A stretch of DNA of 64,000 nucleotides from Candidatus Saccharimonadia bacterium (GTDB taxonomy: Bacteria > Patescibacteriota > Saccharimonadia > UBA4664): positions 25,148-89,147 of the forward strand of contig JBGTMQ010000003.1 in the NCBI GenBank assembly GCA_041743505.1, in the 5' to 3' direction. Below are positions 57,914 to 64,000 of the stretch, in pieces. Below the pieces are notes generated by a model. The model was not told the origin of the DNA and made no database searches. It saw only the letters and a list, made by a program, of their open reading frames with translations. The position numbers were made by a program, and so were the translations under genes. How positions within the stretch are numbered: the first letter of the stretch is position 1; each line of letters starts with the position of its first letter.

Positions 57914-58888
57914 CGTAATACCTCACCACCTTTGCAACAAAAAGTAGCAGGCCTCTAAGCTAGAAGTTGGAAGCAACTAATCTAGGAGACCTGCTATGTC
58001 ATACACTAGCAACCCCTTTGCCCCACGGGCAAGACGTGAAGCCATTAATCTCGTGCGCCAGCGCGGCTGGACTAAGGCTCAGGCCGCCCGGTACACCGGG
58101 GTTCACCGTTCAACTATTGGCCGCTGGTTAGCCCGGGCACCCCGTCATGCTGCCTCAGTCATTCCAACTAAGTCATCCCGGCCACATCATCCTGCCGGTA
58201 CGCTTGACCCGGCCATTGTCCGTCGCATTATCGAACTCAGATACCAGTACCGGCGCTGTGCGCCGGTACTGGTGGCCTATCTCATAAGAGAAGGTATCCG
58301 AGTGAGCCGGTCGAGTGTTGAGCGGACTCTCAAGCGGCATGACCTGACCCGTAAACAGGGTGGACACGGCCGCTACCGCAAAAGCCTGCCCCGGCCTCGT
58401 GCAGAGGCTCCGGGTGACCTTGTTCAAGCTGACACGATTCATTTTGTGGACAATAACGGCAAACGCTTCTATATCTACACTCTCATTGACCTTTACTCCC
58501 GCTGGGCCTATGCCGAATACCATGCCAAACTCAGCCACCAAACCAGCGTAGGCTTTGTTTTACGAGCCCAAGAGAAAGCCGGATTTGCCTTCCAGATGCT
58601 CCAAACCGACAACGGTCCGGAATGGAGCCGGTGGTTTTCGGACCAGATGCATTACCGGGGCATTCCCGTACGGCATTCACGGGTGCGGCAATGCAATGAC
58701 AATGCTCATATCGAGCGGTTCAATCGCACCTTACAGGAAGAAGGCGTGGGCCGGTGGCCCACGCCACAGTTGCTCCCGGCATTGATTAAAGAGTACCTAG
58801 ATTATTACAACGAGGAGCGGCTACACTTAGGATTGAATCTAGTTTGTCCAAGGCAAGCTATTGTTGCAAAGGTCCTGACGTAAATACG
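57914..58888 (+). mobile_element. IS481-family insertion sequence (975 bp)
   Basis: Imperfect terminal IRs with core acctttgcaacaa / ttgttgcaaaggt; TATCA duplicated at 57909-57913 and 58889-58893. Confidence 0.85.
57996..58883 (+). CDS. IS481-family DDE transposase
   Basis: HTH N-terminus, SSRPHH, PGDLVQAD, IDLYSR, QTDNGPE, IERFNRTL, YN.ER.H. Confidence 0.92.
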   Translation: MSYTSNPFAPRARREAINLVRQRGWTKAQAARYTGVHRSTIGRWLARAPRHAASVIPTKSSRPHHPAGTLDPAIVRRIIELRYQYRRCAPVLVAYLIREGIRVSRSSVERTLKRHDLTRKQGGHGRYRKSLPRPRAEAPGDLVQADTIHFVDNNGKRFYIYTLIDLYSRWAYAEYHAKLSHQTSVGFVLRAQEKAGFAFQMLQTDNGPEWSRWFSDQMHYRGIPVRHSRVRQCNDNAHIERFNRTLQEEGVGRWPTPQLLPALIKEYLDYYNEERLHLGLNLVCPRQAIVAKVLT

Positions 58889-58917
58889 TATCAGACTGCC
58901 AGTGATAGGATATCAGC

Positions 58918-59694
58918 ATGCCAAGCTACCAAATATTCGCCAAGTTCTACGATGCCTCCATGGGCGATTCATCAGCCAAGATAGAACACATTCAAGGATG
59001 GATTAAACAATACCACCCATATGCAAAATCCCTGCTCGAGCTGGCCTGCGGCACCGGCACAATTCTTAAGGGTCTTGGCAACGAGTACACTCTTACCGGC
59101 CTCGATCTCTCACGCGAAATGCTCGACATTGCCAAAGCCAAAGTACCAAGCGCCCAGCTACATCATGGCGACATGGCAAACTTTGAGCTTGACCGCAAGT
59201 TTGATGTCATTATTTGCGTATTCGATTCCATAAACCATCTGAAAACACTCCCGGAGTGGCAAAGCATGTTCCAGCACGTCGCCGGCCATCTCAACCCAAA
59301 CGGCGTTTTCATCTTTGACTTCAATACTATCGGCCGGTTCAAGCGGCTTGTAGCAAGCACTCCCGGAATCCTAAATATGGGAGATGATTACCTTATTATG
59401 CACATCACCGAAGCCGCCACATATACCACAAACTGGAATATCAAAGTTTTCGAAAACACCGGCAAAGATAATTTTCGTCTCCATCATGAGGATATTGTTG
59501 AAATCTCTTTTCCGCTTGCACAAGTCAAACAAGACTTAACCAAACACTTTGAGATCCTCAACATCATAGACCAGCACGGCGGCCACGCCTCCGATGAATC
59601 AGATAGGCTGCATATTATCTGTAAAAGAAAGCGCTCTCACGAGCAGAACCAAAGCGGCCCGCTCGCAAGAGCAATAAAAAAAACACAGCCCTAA
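58918..59694 (+). CDS. Class I SAM-dependent methyltransferase
   Basis: LELACGTG, GLDLS..ML, GDM, FDSINH, L.PNGVFIFD. Confidence 0.92.
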   Translation: MPSYQIFAKFYDASMGDSSAKIEHIQGWIKQYHPYAKSLLELACGTGTILKGLGNEYTLTGLDLSREMLDIAKAKVPSAQLHHGDMANFELDRKFDVIICVFDSINHLKTLPEWQSMFQHVAGHLNPNGVFIFDFNTIGRFKRLVASTPGILNMGDDYLIMHITEAATYTTNWNIKVFENTGKDNFRLHHEDIVEISFPLAQVKQDLTKHFEILNIIDQHGGHASDESDRLHIICKRKRSHEQNQSGPLARAIKKTQP

Positions 59695-59703
59695 TCGCTG
59701 GAA

Positions 59704-59940
59704 CTAGCTCTGCAACAATCGCGGCTCTGTCCGGCCCTTGTCGTTAGCCGGACAAAGCGGGTCATGAACAGCTGGGTCGTACACAGCCTGACCACATGGC
59801 AAATGATGCAACGGGATCTCGCTCCCCTGTACCCCTGGATTCCAGTACCCTGCCTCATGCAACAAATCGATCCCTCTGCTATACGCCAACCGGCCCGCGG
59901 CCTCGCGGGGCGACTCCATTTCGCCAGCATAGTGCCCCAT
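59704..59940 (-). CDS. Small hypothetical protein, possible Zn-binding (H.PC...H..LC)
   Basis: CAGGAG RBS, 78 aa. Confidence 0.55.
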   Translation of the reverse strand: MGHYAGEMESPREAAGRLAYSRGIDLLHEAGYWNPGVQGSEIPLHHLPCGQAVYDPAVHDPLCPANDKGRTEPRLLQS

Positions 59941-60107
59941 AATGTACTCCTGACCTGTCGTATAGGTTATGGGATAATTATTGTAAATAATGCATCACCC
60001 GATTACAAATCGCGCTGTAAAAAATAGAACACCCCGCCGGCTACAGATGAATTGCGAGTAACCGCAACACATTCTGTAACCGGTAGGGCGATGAAAGCCG
60101 GCACTAC

Positions 60108-60329
60108 TTACCTGTTTGGGAAGTTTGGCCACCTGTCTCCGAGAATCTCCCGCTCGGACTTATTGAAGGAGCGGCGGGCAAACGCAGAAAGTATGCCTAC
60201 GAGTACCAGTATTCCAGCCCCAGCCCACATCAGGATAAGTCCCACCTGGGGCGCCTGAAGGAAGAACGGCGGCTCGACGTACTTCAGTATTGCACCACCG
60301 ATAAGGAGCAAGACTGCAAAAATAAACAT
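60108..60329 (-). CDS. Small two-TM membrane protein
   Basis: AGGAGG RBS, two hydrophobic helices; hairpin at ~60036-60083 downstream. Confidence 0.7.
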   Translation of the reverse strand: MFIFAVLLLIGGAILKYVEPPFFLQAPQVGLILMWAGAGILVLVGILSAFARRSFNKSEREILGDRWPNFPNR

Positions 60330-60862
60330 AGTTCAAACCTCCTGTTTTCAGCGCCGGTACGAGCTATTTTCGGAGTCCAAGGTGCACGGAACCTCTTCGG
60401 GCAAATGGCCAAAGACCAACTAATACTAACATAAAATAGTCAGATTGTAAAGCAGAATGAAAAACCGGACCCCAAATGAAGGATCCGGCCAAAGATGAGC
60501 CTGTTTGGCCGCTAGTCATGTACCCTGCGATTGGGCCTGACCCTCTTAGCCGCCAAAATTGAAGCTGAACGCCGGCTGTAGCGACTGCCCCTGCGGCTAA
60601 TAGCCGCAGTCTCAAGACCATCCCATACCAATTCTACAAATCGCACTGCGTCGAAACGATCCGTCGGCGCAACACGAAACGTACGCTGAGCCTCGCTCAC
60701 CCACGCGCCCGTATGTCTCACCTCGCGGATAATCTTCTGGGTGCGAAGCGGCAGAGACACAGGATTAACAATTACTATGTCAGGCAAGATAACCCCCTCG
60801 GGTTGCAGGATCTACGCACTAAACATCAAAGTAATAATAGTATAAAAACTCAGAATGTCAAT

Positions 60863-61330
60863 CTAGAAACTCTGGTACTTCTCCGTCTTCATCAGCCGCT
60901 CAATCTCGATACGCAGCTCTCTTATATCCCCATCATCAAGCGGCTTAAACCCCTCGTAGAAGCCCGTCTCCAGATGCGGCAAGTTAACCGCATCACCATA
61001 CTTCTGCGTAACGGCATTCTTTGCCCGGCCGAAAACCTGCGTATGCATCTTCGGCCCATCAGGTTTAAAAACACTCCAATTACCCATCTCCTGGTAATTA
61101 ATAATGCCAATATCAATTCCCCGCCTGCCCAGAGCTATCTTCATAGCCTCACCCACCACCATAGACAGTTTCATATATTCTATGGCCAGCTCGGGCGAAA
61201 GCTTGGTCCGGTCAGATATCGCAACTTTCGCCTTAATCTGAATATGGCCACCATCTTTACGGTCAACATAGACATGCGGAAGCTCAGCCGACTTGATAAT
61301 AAAGTTAGGGGTTTCATATATTAGCGCCAT
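60863..61330 (-). CDS. HIT-like protein
   Basis: LIYET, PH..DR.DGGH, INYQEMGNW, MHTQVFGR. Confidence 0.7.
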   Translation of the reverse strand: MALIYETPNFIIKSAELPHVYVDRKDGGHIQIKAKVAISDRTKLSPELAIEYMKLSMVVGEAMKIALGRRGIDIGIINYQEMGNWSVFKPDGPKMHTQVFGRAKNAVTQKYGDAVNLPHLETGFYEGFKPLDDGDIRELRIEIERLMKTEKYQSF

Positions 61331-61351
61331 GCTAAGAAGTATATAGCAATC

Positions 61352-62905
61352 TCAAATGACAACTCGTTCATTAACATAAAATTTTGAACTCAGAAAAGAC
61401 ACCGAAAATATTATAGTAGCATCCTCAATCTGCCCGCTTTCGCTACTACGAACACTTACCTGCCATGCCCCGGGAGACAATCCAACCGTTGCCGAATTCC
61501 AAACCACACTGGCGTTGCCTTCCTCATCGATTTGATATGTGCCTAATACCACCGATGTACTATTTGGCCCAGTCAGTTCAACCCAGCAGGTAGTATTCGC
61601 TCCCCCCTGACAAGCCGTTTCTAACGGTAGCATCCCCTCAACCACCTGTACCAGATTGCTGCTGCTCACATTAATAAACTGACCCGTAGGGTCAGCTAGT
61701 GAGGCGGTCAAGAACGACGAATACGGCGCGACTACTCCATATCCATACCCATCAGTCCGCTCCAGGCCGCTCATTGCGGGCTTCTTAGTAGCGCTAATCA
61801 GAATAAACCGTGTCAGATCTGCCGGGCTATAGCCAGGATCCTGATTAAGCAGCAATCCGGCTAAGCCGGCCACAATCGGCGCAGACAAAGATGTACCTGA
61901 GTAAGCACAAGTGATGCCGGTTTGCGGATTCGATGGATTGTAGTAGTTACTACAAACATCGCCCGCCGTGCCCGGCGCCAATACATCCAGAGCGGCGCCA
62001 TAACTGGAGAAAGACGCCCGGTTACCAGCCGCATCACTAGCCCCAACCGCTAGTACCTCCGGGTAAGCAGCCGGGTAAGCCATACAATTGCATCCGTCAT
62101 TCCCAGCAGCAGCCACCACCAAGGCGCCTTTGCCAATAGCATAATTAATCTCTTGCCGCATATACGGGTCATCGAAATCCGAACCCAAGCTCAGCGAAAT
62201 AACATCAGCCCCATGGTCAGCTGCATAGCGGATTGCGGCCGCCACCGTATCCGTTGTTCCGCTACCCGAATCATCGAGTGCCTGAAGCGGCATAATCAAA
62301 GCCGTCGGATCCATAAGTGCCACTAAACCGGCCATAGCCGTCCCATGCGACACAGCCGACGAATAGGGCTGCGACGTACCCGCCATTGGATCATTGTCGT
62401 CTTCAACAAAATCCCACCCCGCTTGCGTACCCGTTGTAAAACGATCAACAAGATCCTCATGAACCAGATCAAACCCGGTATCAACCACTGCAATAACTGG
62501 TCGCACATCCGGATTATCAGACGCCGAACTCCAAACTTCCGGCACGGACAAGCGGTTCACAAACGGCGCCACAGAAGCAACGCTGCTAGTCGGAGTCATC
62601 AAAGCCCGGTAAGGATAAACCACATGCGGCTTAACCTCCGGCCGGGCCGGCTCGGCAGCAAGCGCCTCCTTAGCCGGAACCGGCGCGTGTACTGGCGCCT
62701 CTGCCAGCGTTACCGCCGCTAACCGCGCCTGCCCAGCCGGATTACTCGCCGGCCGAATACCGCCATTGTCCTCAAAGAACGTCCCTGCTGACCCCTTAGG
62801 ATAAACCACGGTCTCCGGACTCCGGCCACTCAACCAGAAAGCAGGCACCAGGCCACCAACAGCCAGGATACCAATAAGCGGGATGATTAATAACTTGTTT
62901 TTCAT
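61352..62905 (-). CDS. Secreted S8 (subtilisin-like) serine protease
   Basis: Signal/TM, VDTG, SHGT, AAAGND, GTSLSAP catalytic Asp-His-Ser. Confidence 0.92.
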   Translation of the reverse strand: MKNKLLIIPLIGILAVGGLVPAFWLSGRSPETVVYPKGSAGTFFEDNGGIRPASNPAGQARLAAVTLAEAPVHAPVPAKEALAAEPARPEVKPHVVYPYRALMTPTSSVASVAPFVNRLSVPEVWSSASDNPDVRPVIAVVDTGFDLVHEDLVDRFTTGTQAGWDFVEDDNDPMAGTSQPYSSAVSHGTAMAGLVALMDPTALIMPLQALDDSGSGTTDTVAAAIRYAADHGADVISLSLGSDFDDPYMRQEINYAIGKGALVVAAAGNDGCNCMAYPAAYPEVLAVGASDAAGNRASFSSYGAALDVLAPGTAGDVCSNYYNPSNPQTGITCAYSGTSLSAPIVAGLAGLLLNQDPGYSPADLTRFILISATKKPAMSGLERTDGYGYGVVAPYSSFLTASLADPTGQFINVSSSNLVQVVEGMLPLETACQGGANTTCWVELTGPNSTSVVLGTYQIDEEGNASVVWNSATVGLSPGAWQVSVRSSESGQIEDATIIFSVSFLSSKFYVNERVVI

Positions 62906-63063
62906 GAGAAAGCTTTTTGTTTTGATGCAATCGTACTTCTATTATGCCATTCCTAGACGGTATATCAATAGCTAAACCTGATATTGAACAAGTCTATTGG
63001 TCATTTTTAACAGTAAAAACCCCGGCATATCTGGTCCAGAGACCGTAATACACCGGGGAAAAT

Positions 63064-63846
63064 CTAGTCGGCCAAGCGGCGGAGTATGAGTCGCCGCCAG
63101 CGGCGCGACGCCCTCTCCGGCTCAGCCGGCTCATTAATGGCGCGAACTGCGTCCAAACTTTCGGCATAGCACCGGAACCAGTCAACAATCTCGTGGTATC
63201 TCGGGAGACCGATTTTACCGTCACTTAGCCGCTTTGACGCCTGCAGTCGGAGAGCTACATCGTATATCACCTGAAGCGAATCAACGCAGTAAAGGACTCG
63301 CTGCCTAAGCTCATCTACTCCCGGAATTGCCGCCGCATCCGTAGGCAGCCGCGGCAGGCCGAGCCGCAGAGCTAGACTCTTGGACTCGACGTTAGCTACC
63401 AAAAGGTCAGCCAGACTCAGATCAATCATGGCATCCCACTCGAGAAACGGTCGGCACTGAGCAAACAGGGCCGAAAAACCTGATAGCGCTGACCCGTCAA
63501 TATCACCGCGCAAAATATCGGTCACTTGATCGAGCAAATCATGAAGCCGGAAGTATACCAGCTGGGACTGAGGCGCAAGCTGGTCCCAACGAAGCTCATC
63601 GGCGCCAAACAGAGTCGGCGCCACGTCGTCGGGACGATAAAGCCAAGCTTGCCTCGGTCGCGGCGACGCTTTGCTCATAAGCACCGCCCGTTCCCATGAC
63701 GTCGGCTGCATCGCACTAACAGCGCGGGCTACCAATCGCCTTGCCTGTCCCGCTAAGCCGGTATCCGTTCGAACAACTACCGCATCAGCCCGGCGTGACA
63801 ATGGCACTGGCGGCAGTTGAGGCTGTACGACATCAATCTTGGTCAT
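63064..63846 (-). CDS. Hypothetical helical protein
   Basis: GGAG RBS before MTKID at 63846; Arg-rich C-terminus. Confidence 0.65.
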   Translation of the reverse strand: MTKIDVVQPQLPPVPLSRRADAVVVRTDTGLAGQARRLVARAVSAMQPTSWERAVLMSKASPRPRQAWLYRPDDVAPTLFGADELRWDQLAPQSQLVYFRLHDLLDQVTDILRGDIDGSALSGFSALFAQCRPFLEWDAMIDLSLADLLVANVESKSLALRLGLPRLPTDAAAIPGVDELRQRVLYCVDSLQVIYDVALRLQASKRLSDGKIGLPRYHEIVDWFRCYAESLDAVRAINEPAEPERASRRWRRLILRRLAD

Positions 63847-64000
63847 GATAACTCCAAGCCTAGGATTGTAGAGAAGCAAATCTGTACGCAGATTAGGCGG
63901 TCACTTGTGCAGTGATTGTATATATTATAACAGAAATTATTTCAAATAACAAATATTTGTCCACAAAAAACTGGCCTCGCACATCATCTCTCGGATGTGC

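Noticed and set aside
60364-60787. Two overlapping minus-strand ORFs (85 and 91 aa)
   Set aside because: They overlap in different frames with no clear RBS or motif; cannot tell which, if either, is real

Overview
Gene-dense bacterial chromosomal segment, standard genetic code. By gene repertoire it is most likely a Patescibacteria (CPR) Saccharimonadia-type genome; this is an inference from the solitary VirD4-like ATPase, PilB, LPxTG/PKD surface protein and PP2C-like membrane protein. Housekeeping core: gyrB-gyrA, pheS-pheT, trpS, rmuC, argS, smpB, tRNA-Pro(CGG) and a UvrD-nuclease fusion. Interspersed are cell-envelope enzymes (L,D-transpeptidase, CHAP, LCP, PMT, DUF3152-like zincin, subtilase), scavenging enzymes (trehalase, GH13 glucosidase, PIG-L deacetylase, fatty acid desaturase), an intact IS481-family element with TATCA target duplication, and an accessory cluster of small orphan genes. 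Most notable: (1) a ~745-nt promoter-to-terminator minus-strand unit (21406 to 20663) with a 5' array of AGU(U)C repeats, eight hairpins whose G-U pairs fix the strand, and a 3' 28-aa sORF, i.e. a candidate new large ncRNA; (2) an apparently catalytically intact NlpC/P60 peptidase domain inserted inside the B5 domain of PheRS beta; (3) two 98-bp elements 31 kb apart that share 18-bp terminal inverted repeats but have unrelated interiors; (4) a ~1,980-aa VirD4-like protein with a probable CTG start and a ~1,150-aa Pro-rich tail; (5) several unannotated sORFs and a candidate sRNA. All calls were made by eye from motifs; no database searches were run.
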